DNA from: a virus
Length of the DNA stretch: 45,699 nt
Direction: 5' to 3' (one strand)
IMG/VR virus record: IMGVR_UViG_3300031949_000070
Location: 1-45,699 of that record
The translations under genes and the position numbers were made by a program. The notes beneath the pieces were generated by a model that was not told where the DNA came from, ran no database searches, and saw only the letters and a program-made list of their open reading frames with translations. Below, piece by piece: positions 8,038 through 16,328 of this stretch (position 1 is its first letter; every line of letters begins with the position of its first letter).

Positions 8038-8042
8038 AAAAA

Positions 8043-9170
8043 ATGAATATCCATGATGCGGCCAGGAACGGCCACACTGAAGCTGTAGCGTTGCTCCTGG
8101 CAAAGGGGGCAAAGGTTGAAGCTGCGGACAACAACGGCAATACCCCGCTGATAGTGGCGGCCAGGGAAGGCCACACTGAAACCGTAGCATTGCTCCTGGA
8201 AAAGGGAGCAAATATTGAAGCTGCGGATAAATACGGGAATACTCCGCTGATATTAGCGGCCTGGGAAGGCCACACTGAAGCCGTGGCGTTACTCTTGGCA
8301 AAGGGAGCAAATATTGAGGCTGCGGATAATGACGGGGATACTCCGCTGATATGGGCGGCCAGGGAAGGCCGCACTGAAGCCGTGGCATTGCTCCTGGCAA
8401 ATGGGGCAAAGGTTGAAGCTGCAAATAACTGCGGGGATACCCCGCTGATATTAGCGGCCGGGCATGGCCACACGGAAACCGTGGAGTTACTGAAAAAACA
8501 TATTGCCAATCTCATAAACTGCCGTCCAATGACCATAGCCGAGGAGCTGCAAATGCCAGAATTTGCCACCGATAAAATAAAATGTAAGCCATTCACGGCC
8601 ATTATTTCGGCTGGCTTACATTTAATAGCAATAGACCCGGCTTATGCCAAGCCGGTAGCTACAGCTCAATTTAAGCGCCCGCAGCGGGGCGATGGCATGA
8701 CTGGCAATGATATTATATTAGAGCGGGTAGATTATATCAGCCTTGAGGCTCTGTTGCGCTCACCGGGGACGGTAATCACTCTTGAGAACCACGCCAGGCG
8801 AATTCTTGTTATTGAGCGCCAATATTTGGGCAAGAATGCAAAAGTCTTTGGCGAACTTTGCTACTGGACTGGCAGGGTGGTGCAGAAGATAGCGGACATG
8901 GGTTTTGAAGTGGTGGAGGCCCCGGTATATCCGGCCAAGGGCAAGGGCTGCACCTCTTGGCTACAGGACGTGTTTGGCATACAGGGGAATTTGCCAAACA
9001 GCTCCACGATACAAGAAATGGCGCTCAGGATAGCACGGGAAGATAATCCGTATTATCTTTGGGATGAAGAAACTCAGGCGGCATCAAAAGAGTTTAAATT
9101 TAATTTTAATTATGATACTGCCATGGCTTATTGTATGGGGATGTGGTGGATTAAGAAGAATAAATTTTAA
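8043..9170 (+). CDS. Ankyrin-repeat protein running in frame into a RuvC-like resolvase (fusion ORF)
   Basis: ATG 8043 follows the hairpin-SD element. About five 33-aa ANK units (G.TPL..AA..GHTE.V.LLL.KGA..EA.D). There is no stop before the resolvase part. Confidence 0.7.
   Translation: MNIHDAARNGHTEAVALLLAKGAKVEAADNNGNTPLIVAAREGHTETVALLLEKGANIEAADKYGNTPLILAAWEGHTEAVALLLAKGANIEAADNDGDTPLIWAAREGRTEAVALLLANGAKVEAANNCGDTPLILAAGHGHTETVELLKKHIANLINCRPMTIAEELQMPEFATDKIKCKPFTAIISAGLHLIAIDPAYAKPVATAQFKRPQRGDGMTGNDIILERVDYISLEALLRSPGTVITLENHARRILVIERQYLGKNAKVFGELCYWTGRVVQKIADMGFEVVEAPVYPAKGKGCTSWLQDVFGIQGNLPNSSTIQEMALRIAREDNPYYLWDEETQAASKEFKFNFNYDTAMAYCMGMWWIKKNKF
8070..8500 (+). repeat. Tandem 99-bp (33-codon) ankyrin units, ~4.5 copies with high DNA identity
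   Basis: GGCCACACTGAAGC-type unit starts recur at 8070, 8169, 8268, 8367 and 8466, an exact 99-nt period. Confidence 0.85.
8553..9170 (+). CDS. RuvC-like Holliday-junction resolvase (possible independent internal start)
   Basis: GAGGAG RBS at 8541-8546 then ATG 8553. HLIAIDPAYAKP (catalytic Asp), LVIERQYLGKN (Glu) and a C-terminal NYDTAMAYCMG (DAxAxA-like). Confidence 0.55.
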   Translation: MPEFATDKIKCKPFTAIISAGLHLIAIDPAYAKPVATAQFKRPQRGDGMTGNDIILERVDYISLEALLRSPGTVITLENHARRILVIERQYLGKNAKVFGELCYWTGRVVQKIADMGFEVVEAPVYPAKGKGCTSWLQDVFGIQGNLPNSSTIQEMALRIAREDNPYYLWDEETQAASKEFKFNFNYDTAMAYCMGMWWIKKNKF

Positions 9171-9272
9171 GTCTGAAGATCGTGGGGCTTAAGCCTGGGT
9201 GTTAGAAGATATCAGGCCGGTTAAGCCATTTATGGCTAAGGGGAAAATGGGAATTTTTAAGGTGGACATACC

Positions 9273-9845
9273 ATGCCAGAACTTACCACTGATAAAATAA
9301 AGTGCGAGCCATTTAGAGCTACAATTTCGTCTGAACGCTGCTGGTGGAACCGGCAATCCGGTAAATATGGAGACACGTGCCGAAATTGCAAACGGGCGAA
9401 TATGCCAAAACCGGAAATGGTGAAATGTGTCCCAACATCAAAAAAGACACCACTAATATTTATATCAAAACCAAAACCTGAATCAAAAAAAGAGGAAAAA
9501 CTGATTATGCCAGAAAATCAACATGTAAAAAAATGTCGGACATGTGGCTATAAAATAGCAATAAAAGATGACCAATGCTCGGCTTGCTACCGGAAGGAAA
9601 AAGGCGTTACGATTACAAGCGTTCGTAGTAAGGCTAAAGAAGAGTCTATTAAAAAAATCTTGCCTAACGGAGAAATGGTGGGGTTGCTTTTTATAGATGA
9701 AGAGAAATCCATGTTGGATACTTTGCGCCAGAATGCCAAAGTAAATTATCGTACCCTGGAAGGGGAAATAATGTACCGATTGAAAATGTCAGTTTGCGAT
9801 GAACTCCCAAAAGAAAACAGTCGTAAATTTGAGGTAGAACCGTAA
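9273..9845 (+). CDS. Zinc-ribbon-containing hypothetical protein
   Basis: 190-aa ORF with Cys pairs (KC..., CRNC, CRTCGY...CSAC). Its N-terminal 19 aa are duplicated at 8553. Confidence 0.55.
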   Translation: MPELTTDKIKCEPFRATISSERCWWNRQSGKYGDTCRNCKRANMPKPEMVKCVPTSKKTPLIFISKPKPESKKEEKLIMPENQHVKKCRTCGYKIAIKDDQCSACYRKEKGVTITSVRSKAKEESIKKILPNGEMVGLLFIDEEKSMLDTLRQNAKVNYRTLEGEIMYRLKMSVCDELPKENSRKFEVEP

Positions 9846-9848
9846 GAA

Positions 9849-10097
9849 TTACTTGATCAGCCATTGCCATAACGCAATCATAGCAGCACCACAGAAGGCT
9901 AAACCAGCATCCCTGAGCGCTCCCCCTAATCGGCTGCGGGAATCCACCCGCTCCCCTATTCTGGCTTGGGAGACCTCGATAGTGGTAATCCTGGAATGAA
10001 TATCACCATTACATTTAGTGCATTTTTCATCCCACTTGTTACCAAGCCCATCTATCTTGTTTTCTATCCGCTCAAGCCGAGCATCGAAATCAGCCAT
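9849..10097 (-). CDS. Tail-anchored coiled-coil membrane protein (lysis-associated?)
   Basis: Start taken at MADFDARLERIENK (the ATGGCTGA overlap with the upstream stop). C-terminal TM segment is GLAFCGAAMIALWQWLI. Confidence 0.45.
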   Translation of the reverse strand: MADFDARLERIENKIDGLGNKWDEKCTKCNGDIHSRITTIEVSQARIGERVDSRSRLGGALRDAGLAFCGAAMIALWQWLIK

Positions 10098-10284
10098 TTT
10101 TGTTCCCCTGTCTGGATACAAAGTAAGATGAAATCGCTCCCCCAGCCACCGTCATAAATTCTCCGGGGGTAATCTTGCCGAAAAAGGCCATAACGCAGAC
10201 CCCAATACCAAATAGCCAGGCCAAACCAGGTCGAACACTGGCTTTGAAATCATCAATGAAGTTTTTATCAGTAGGGTATGGCAT
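10090..10284 (-). CDS. Small two-TM membrane protein, holin-like
   Basis: 64 aa with two hydrophobic segments (LAWLFGIGVCVMAFFG and FMTVAGGAISSYFV) and a charged C-terminus. Confidence 0.4.
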   Translation of the reverse strand: MPYPTDKNFIDDFKASVRPGLAWLFGIGVCVMAFFGKITPGEFMTVAGGAISSYFVSRQGNKNG

Positions 10285-10287
10285 AAA

Positions 10288-10440
10288 TTACCTTTTTTTA
10301 TTTTTGGTCTTTTTACCTTTAGATTTACCTGCCATTCGCATAGCAATTGCCACAGCTTGTTTTTGCTTCCGGCCACTGTGCATTAATTCCCCGATATTTG
10401 CACTGACAACCTTCTTGCTCTTACCTTTTTTGAGGGGCAT
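10288..10440 (-). CDS. Small lysine-rich protein (50 aa)
   Basis: Not in the ORF track. Sequence is MPLKKGKSKKVVSANIGELMHSGRKQKQAVAIAMRMAGKSKGKKTKNKKR. It fits tightly between neighbouring stop and start codons. Confidence 0.55.
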   Translation of the reverse strand: MPLKKGKSKKVVSANIGELMHSGRKQKQAVAIAMRMAGKSKGKKTKNKKR

Positions 10441-10442
10441 AG

Positions 10443-13400
10443 CTATTCCTCTTCCTCTTTTTTGATCCCCAACTGTTGGTTAATTTCAGACTTTGATGGG
10501 GGATTGAATCCCAGTGAAGACTTCTTACGATGACCGGTACGGGTCATTTTTAATTTGTACGGGCGGTATGTTTTTGCTGTGGATTTTGCCTGTTTTTGCG
10601 GTTGCTGTACAGGCAAAACCTGCCTGGATGTATCCAGAATGCTATTGTAAAATTTAATCGCATTATCCAGGTTGCGCTTACTATCAACATCCAGGGAGGA
10701 AACAAATTCCTCTTTTTCGGCTTTACTTAATCCCGAAAGTGGGTGCATTCGGTCTATTGAACTTTGTAAAGATTTCTGAGTTCCACCCAGAGACATATAT
10801 TCCTGCAAATATTTATCGGCAGCTACCTTATCCTTATACTTCAAGGACATTTTGTAATTATAGAGAGCGTCTGTTCTGGGATTTACCCAAGAACCTTCGC
10901 CATATTTCCCCTTTTTCTTGAGAAAATCCGCCTTGTCCTCGAAGATGATTCCATTATAGGCGGCCTCCAAGGGGTCAGTCTTGTAAATTAGAGCAGTAAT
11001 CAAGCTATCAGAATATGGCTTAGCCGGCAGACCGAACACCGCCTTATACTCATTTTCCAGGCCAAGATTCTGCGCAACGTGCTGCCCTACATCTTTGATG
11101 GATCGGGGATGGGTTACGTCCGGGAACACAGTTTTGCCGGTTACTATTTCTCCTGGCAACTTAACCAGTGGGGTTAATGCCTGGGCGAATACATTAACCG
11201 GCGATTTCGCCATTTCTGTGGCGATTTCACCTAAACTTTTCTTTCCCTTTGTCCAGGAATCCACATATTTTGGCGCAGCATCCAGCCCGAACGTTTCCAG
11301 AAAGTCCCCCATTGCCCCCAGGCGGTTGAAGGTGTTCACGTTACCATCAGCATCAATGCCAAGTATAAGATGTGGCCGGGATTTAACCTCAGTTGGAAGG
11401 CTTTCCTCCTCTTTGGGATATCTCAGGTGATTGTAAACCTGCAATATGCTCCATAACCCGGCTGCCTTGACAAGGAATTTACCGATTCGATAGGCGATAT
11501 ATGGGGAAGCCTTTAATCCGGCTGTAGCCGCCTTGCCAACAGCAAGATGACCTTCTGGGTCAGTGGCCGCATTTTGGAATAACCTAATAGTTCGCTTAAA
11601 GTTGACCTCTTTCCAACTCCAAAACGGCAGCCAATATTCCCGCAGGTTTTGTCCCATAGCGGATACTTTATCATAAGCCCCCAGCAAGTCATTAGATAGC
11701 CAGAACGCCTTCTCTTTTATACCCTTCAATTCCATGACTTCCTTTGGATTGGAAGCCCCGAAGTTATTAGGTATCCCACCATTTTTTATAAGCTGCTCTT
11801 TGTAATCTTTATATGCGGCAAACCGGAGAATGCTTTCCCTGAAGTCTGTAATTTCTCTGGCCTTTTGCCAATATGCCTTCCAGAGATTCATCGGTATTTC
11901 CTGGCCTTTAAGTTGCCGCTCATGTTGCGCTTTGAAGGCAGCCAGCTTGTTTATATCGCCAAGTTCAGCAACTTGAAGATTACTTGCCCCACCACCCATA
12001 TCAAACCATTCCAGCAAATCGGTTGAAGGCTCTTCACCCTTTACCATGGTATTGTAAAGTTCCTTAAATGCCGCTGGGGACTTTTTAAAGGCACGTGGAT
12101 TGCCGATAAATACCGCTTCTGCATCACCAGAAGCGTTCCGCAAATTATATTTAGCGAATCTCCGGGGAGATGCCAAGCTCCAAACCTTCCAACCCCGCAG
12201 AATCTTTTGAGCGGCCTGGCTTAATATATTCTGAGACTGAGGTATCCGCAGATTATTCAGCGTGTCCACAACCTCATTTGGCAGTACATATTCTTTGCGT
12301 GCCCGTCCCATGGCAATGACCTTATGCAAATCCTCCCTGGAAACCGGCAACTGCTCTACCGCTCTGGTCAGTAATTCCTCAGCCATGTTTTCGGGGATAC
12401 TGGTAGCATGATAAAACAGATTTCCCTCTCTGGGTTGCCAGATAGAATGAGTATCGGGAATATAATTATGCCAGTCCTCATCCCCATCTATCTTGGCATG
12501 GGCTTTCAATCGGGGGGCAATATTATATTTTTTGTCAATAGCGTGAATCGTTCTGGCAACCTCAGTATCATATTGCATTTGGAAAAGGACTTCATATTCC
12601 GCTTGCAGGTAATTATTGTTGATATTTTCTGGCGAACCCTCCCTACCTTTTAGGAATTCCCGACCTGATGGTGTTCGTAATCGCTGGCCGGTTCCGGTTA
12701 ATCTGGCTGTTTCTGCATATGCCAAAACCTGATGACGGAAATAATTTGGATTCTTGAATCTATCGGCCACATTGAACCCGATAGATGATTGGGCGGCAAT
12801 GTAATTATCCTGCACCTCCTTTAATGCCATTGTCCGTCTTGTCAATGCTGCTACAATCTTGGGGTTAGCGTCAACCTCAACATCTGTGGCAGCCCGCTCA
12901 ATGGCTAATTTCTCCGGCGTAAATAAATATGGTAACTCATGCCCCTGGGCAACCTCATACCCCAAGTCATCCAAGATTATTTTCCGGCTAAACAGGTCAT
13001 ATTCTGAAGCATCCAAATCCTTAAGATTCTTCTGCAATATGCCGATAGTTCTATCTGAGGCCACCACCTTCTGTTTTTGCAATCGCAGCAAATCAGACCG
13101 TAATGGCGCAAATTCCCCGGTCTTCGGCAAGTGCTCAAACTCACGAGTAACTTTGTTGCGCAATTCTGTCAGGGTATCGGATATCCTCGATACCAGAGAA
13201 GGCTTTTTTATCCCGCCGCTGGCCTTGTATTCAGCCTCGATTGCAGGGTCAGAGAATGCGAATGCTGGCTTTGAGGGAGTCTTCCCCTTACCAATGTATC
13301 CCCCTTCTCCTAAAGTTGCTGGTGGGGCAGCAGGAGCGGCCACTGGGGGCGCAGTGCCCGCTCCTGCTTGTGGGGTGGGAGTAGCAGGTAAGATTCCAAG

Positions 13401-14276
13401 GGGGTCTATTGTTTTTTGCGCTGCCTGGCTTCCTGGTGGGGCAGGCAACGCCTTTATGATATTATCCACAACGGTATCAGGGTCAATTGCGCCTGATTTC
13501 TCATAAACTTCTAACGCCCGCTTCATCTGGATACGTGAGGCAACGGTATTCAGTAAAGCCGTTCCCCCGGCGCTGATCAAACTTACCACTAAGGGGGTCA
13601 ATGCTCCAACAACCTTGCCATACTTTTCCTCTACCATCTCAGCGGCCTTGCCGACCACCGGGCGTTCAAGAGTGCCGATCACCGCAGACCTGACCGCATT
13701 TTGAATTATCGGATATCCCACACGTGCAGCATTCGCCCCACCGGTAGCAATATCTATCAATATGGTTTCAGGACTGATAGCGGGGGTCTCAAGGGTTTCT
13801 TGTTCAGGAGTTCGTACTCCGGGCTTATCTACCCCTTCCGGTTCAACAGGAAGAGGAATATTGGTAAGGGGAATAAATGGTTGAATTGTTTCTTGTTCGG
13901 GAGTCGCAACGGGGGCTACTGGCCTGGATACTTGTAATGGGATAGATTTCTGACCGGTATCGCCAATAAGCGGATTGTTAAATTCACGGGTAGGTTGAGC
14001 TGCCGCTTCAGGAGGGGCAGGTTTCCCAACTTCCGCAGATTGAACGGGTTGCTCTGCTTGAACTGTTTCTTTGGCTACAGGGGCAAGCCGCCCTGAAGTC
14101 TGCTCCAAACCCGAAGGCTGGAATAATCCCAATGGGTCAGACTGATAGGTATCTGGCTGACTTGTGCCAGTATCGGGATTATAATTGAAGTCCAGAAGCC
14201 CCAAGGGGTCATTTGGATCACTTTCGAGTTGCGGCATTTCCCTTAACTCCATATTTCTGCTGATATAACCGGTCAA
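10443..14276 (-). CDS. Very large virion (internal/ejection-type?) protein, 1277 aa
   Basis: Single long ORF in the late arm with a Pro/Ala-rich N-terminal third. The start is uncertain (ATG 14276, 14252 or 14237). No catalytic motif recognised. Confidence 0.7.
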   Translation of the reverse strand: MTGYISRNMELREMPQLESDPNDPLGLLDFNYNPDTGTSQPDTYQSDPLGLFQPSGLEQTSGRLAPVAKETVQAEQPVQSAEVGKPAPPEAAAQPTREFNNPLIGDTGQKSIPLQVSRPVAPVATPEQETIQPFIPLTNIPLPVEPEGVDKPGVRTPEQETLETPAISPETILIDIATGGANAARVGYPIIQNAVRSAVIGTLERPVVGKAAEMVEEKYGKVVGALTPLVVSLISAGGTALLNTVASRIQMKRALEVYEKSGAIDPDTVVDNIIKALPAPPGSQAAQKTIDPLGILPATPTPQAGAGTAPPVAAPAAPPATLGEGGYIGKGKTPSKPAFAFSDPAIEAEYKASGGIKKPSLVSRISDTLTELRNKVTREFEHLPKTGEFAPLRSDLLRLQKQKVVASDRTIGILQKNLKDLDASEYDLFSRKIILDDLGYEVAQGHELPYLFTPEKLAIERAATDVEVDANPKIVAALTRRTMALKEVQDNYIAAQSSIGFNVADRFKNPNYFRHQVLAYAETARLTGTGQRLRTPSGREFLKGREGSPENINNNYLQAEYEVLFQMQYDTEVARTIHAIDKKYNIAPRLKAHAKIDGDEDWHNYIPDTHSIWQPREGNLFYHATSIPENMAEELLTRAVEQLPVSREDLHKVIAMGRARKEYVLPNEVVDTLNNLRIPQSQNILSQAAQKILRGWKVWSLASPRRFAKYNLRNASGDAEAVFIGNPRAFKKSPAAFKELYNTMVKGEEPSTDLLEWFDMGGGASNLQVAELGDINKLAAFKAQHERQLKGQEIPMNLWKAYWQKAREITDFRESILRFAAYKDYKEQLIKNGGIPNNFGASNPKEVMELKGIKEKAFWLSNDLLGAYDKVSAMGQNLREYWLPFWSWKEVNFKRTIRLFQNAATDPEGHLAVGKAATAGLKASPYIAYRIGKFLVKAAGLWSILQVYNHLRYPKEEESLPTEVKSRPHLILGIDADGNVNTFNRLGAMGDFLETFGLDAAPKYVDSWTKGKKSLGEIATEMAKSPVNVFAQALTPLVKLPGEIVTGKTVFPDVTHPRSIKDVGQHVAQNLGLENEYKAVFGLPAKPYSDSLITALIYKTDPLEAAYNGIIFEDKADFLKKKGKYGEGSWVNPRTDALYNYKMSLKYKDKVAADKYLQEYMSLGGTQKSLQSSIDRMHPLSGLSKAEKEEFVSSLDVDSKRNLDNAIKFYNSILDTSRQVLPVQQPQKQAKSTAKTYRPYKLKMTRTGHRKKSSLGFNPPSKSEINQQLGIKKEEEE

Positions 14277-15165
14277 TCTCTTCCTTGGTCAAATTTTGTC
14301 CGGTATATATTTTCATAATTTCAGGGGAAATGTTTGGCTTAAACTCAAGTTTCCCCTTAAGGATATCGGCAAAAATGTTTTCCGGGTCTTCATCGGTTTC
14401 ATCCATGCGGTCTTCGGTGAACTTGCGCACCAGGTCAGGGGACACCCCGTATTTTTGGGCTATGGCCTCTTCTGCCAGTTGTAATTTCGCCTCGATAGCG
14501 AATTCATCCACTGAACCCTGCTCCCTGGTAGCGGGCAAACCCTCTTCATCTAAATTGCGGGGCTGTTCCTCCTGGGCTAACTCATTTGCCCTGTCCTGAA
14601 TCATTTGGCTGGTAATGCCTGGCAATACCTCAGTATCGGTAGTTTTCTGCGCAACCGGCTCCTGGCTTACCGGCGCCTTAACCGACCGCTGTCCGGTCAA
14701 TGTGTCCCCGGTATATTCCTCTATCTGCAATTCCCCTGGTGCTGGCTTGTTGGGATATTGTCTTGCCAATACCTGGGCCGCCTGGATAGCAATGTCCTTA
14801 TTGGCAATCTGCCCTTCCTTGGTAATGGACTTTTTCCAAAGGCCGGATAACTGCTTATGAAATTCCGGGTTACTGGTGTCCCGCCCCTCAAACAACATCT
14901 TGCCCTCATTATCCTGGGCAACAGGTGCAATCTCATCATCAAACCAATTTTTGGCCGCCTGGGTTGCCCCGGAATCTACAAGGGTCTGATATATGTTCAT
15001 ACTGCGAACAAAATTATCCTCACCCTCTTTGGCTTCCTGAGTGGCAATCTGTTGGCGCAATACACCCATTTTGCGGGTTGTATCCATAAAACCCATTTCG
15101 TTCGGGTCAACCCTCTCCCTATCCAGTGGGGTAGGATTTCCCATTAAATTATCTCGATATGACAT
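14218..15165 (-). CDS. Hypothetical virion-module protein
   Basis: 315-aa ORF with a GGAGGG RBS. Confidence 0.6.
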   Translation of the reverse strand: MSYRDNLMGNPTPLDRERVDPNEMGFMDTTRKMGVLRQQIATQEAKEGEDNFVRSMNIYQTLVDSGATQAAKNWFDDEIAPVAQDNEGKMLFEGRDTSNPEFHKQLSGLWKKSITKEGQIANKDIAIQAAQVLARQYPNKPAPGELQIEEYTGDTLTGQRSVKAPVSQEPVAQKTTDTEVLPGITSQMIQDRANELAQEEQPRNLDEEGLPATREQGSVDEFAIEAKLQLAEEAIAQKYGVSPDLVRKFTEDRMDETDEDPENIFADILKGKLEFKPNISPEIMKIYTGQNLTKEEIDRLYQQKYGVKGNAATRK

Positions 15166-15180
15166 AAACCCTCCACGGAT

Positions 15181-15915
15181 TTAATATGTGTTTGCGCCAG
15201 CACCAGCAGAAGTTCCATTATAAGATATGGTAGGATTAAGAACGCCCTTAACCGCAGAGTATTTTTTCTGCTCAGTGTAATATTCTTCAAGTCCAGCCTT
15301 GAATTTCTGCTCTTGGCGTTGTAGCCAGGGTTTCATCGCCACATCATAGCCCTGTACCAAAGCGCCATAATTAGATGTCCTTTGCGCTCCAACCTCAAAC
15401 AAACCTTGCATAAGGGCTGTTTTCCGGGATAGGTCTTGTCCTTCTCTTGCGCCAATGGCCTCTTCGCCAAACCGTATATCTCCCCGTTGAGCTTCATAAC
15501 GCTCAATGTTCTGCCGTTCACGCAGATTACTTAACCTCTGCTGTCCGGCTGTAGAATTCAAGCCCGGCCCCCGCTCCAATTCGGTTGTCAGTAATCGTTC
15601 CTCTTCTGCAAACTTTTTTTCTAACGTTGGATTGCTATAATCCCCACCTTCCAGGGCAGAGATTTGCCGCTCTTCAAAAAGACGCTTAATCTTTTCCCCT
15701 CTTTCCTTAGCAGCTAAAGCCTCACCGGTCAATGGGATTTCAACCCAATTCCCCGCAGAATCTTTTTGAAAGCCCAATTTAGTCATTTGGGCATTTGAAA
15801 GCCGTTCAGCAAATTGCGATTGCTGTTCTAATAAGACTATCTGAGCGGCATATAACGCCTTAAGTTCGCCTGAAACCTTTGGGGCATTTGCTTTTTTTGA
15901 TTGTCCCACAATCAC
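15181..15915 (-). CDS. Hypothetical virion-module protein
   Basis: 244-aa ORF. GTG start overlaps the upstream stop (GTGA). Confidence 0.55.
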   Translation of the reverse strand: MIVGQSKKANAPKVSGELKALYAAQIVLLEQQSQFAERLSNAQMTKLGFQKDSAGNWVEIPLTGEALAAKERGEKIKRLFEERQISALEGGDYSNPTLEKKFAEEERLLTTELERGPGLNSTAGQQRLSNLRERQNIERYEAQRGDIRFGEEAIGAREGQDLSRKTALMQGLFEVGAQRTSNYGALVQGYDVAMKPWLQRQEQKFKAGLEEYYTEQKKYSAVKGVLNPTISYNGTSAGAGANTY

Positions 15916-16328
15916 ACCCCCTTATCAATCAGATACATATTGTGTTCACCTTCAGGATATTTATCCACACTCAATAATTTAATTTTTGTCCTGAAAAATG
16001 TCACCAAAAACTTATTCAGATACAAGTTCTTAGCTTCTATATCTACCAAAAAATGCCTTGGCAATTGTCCAAGTAAAAACCTAACCAACATTCTTGCTGC
16101 CCGAAACCTATCCTTTTTGGGAAGCATTTTATCAATTACAAAATGCCCCAATATCGGGCACGGCCTATACTCAAAATTAATTGTACCAAACCCAACAAGA
16201 ATTCCTTCCATTTCGATAACATAGGTGATATTACTTATTGGCCCGAAAGATGCTCTTGGCTGCCCGTATTCTTTGTATAAAGACAGCAAGTAAGGTGAAT
16301 CTCCGGCTCTATGCGGCCTTATGGTCAT
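15912..16328 (-). CDS. Hypothetical protein, weakly GNAT-acetyltransferase-like
   Basis: 138 aa, ATGA-coupled to the upstream gene. The ...VIEMEGILVGFG...HFVIDKMLPKKDRFRAARMLVRFL layout resembles a GNAT beta4-alpha3 segment but lacks the Gly-rich motif. Confidence 0.3.
   Translation of the reverse strand: MTIRPHRAGDSPYLLSLYKEYGQPRASFGPISNITYVIEMEGILVGFGTINFEYRPCPILGHFVIDKMLPKKDRFRAARMLVRFLLGQLPRHFLVDIEAKNLYLNKFLVTFFRTKIKLLSVDKYPEGEHNMYLIDKGV

Larger units (their letters stand above)
7861..8046 (+). pseudogene. ASCH-domain gene truncated after ~40 codons
   Basis: MIMHALSVKQSFASLIARGRKTKETRTWKTKYRGDLLICA is a typical ASCH N-terminus. From 7982 the frame runs through the 37-nt repeat and the hairpin-SD element to a stop at 8044-8046. 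Confidence 0.55.

Noticed and set aside
7941-8042. ORF-track start of the ankyrin ORF at 7941 (MEDEVPGRPADLRLFQFPLYREDSCNARKGKGEK...).
   Set aside because: This stretch translates the truncated ASCH gene out of frame, then the 37-nt repeat and the hairpin-SD element. ATG 8043 sits at the canonical distance from AAAGGAG.
7900-8602. Long minus-strand ORFs (7900..8424 and 7997..8602) opposite the ankyrin gene.
   Set aside because: They are periodic, low-complexity shadow frames created by the 99-bp tandem repeat. They have no RBS or start context, and the + strand carries clear ANK motifs.
10443-14276. Numerous + strand ORFs inside the long minus-strand virion genes (for example 12859..13506, 11095..11430, 16946..17434, 25201..25702, 31747..32211). 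The same applies to minus-strand ORFs inside + genes (for example 3576..4061 and 1135..1476).
   Set aside because: They are shadow frames nested within much longer, tightly coupled genes on the other strand. They have low-complexity or odd composition and no independent start signals.
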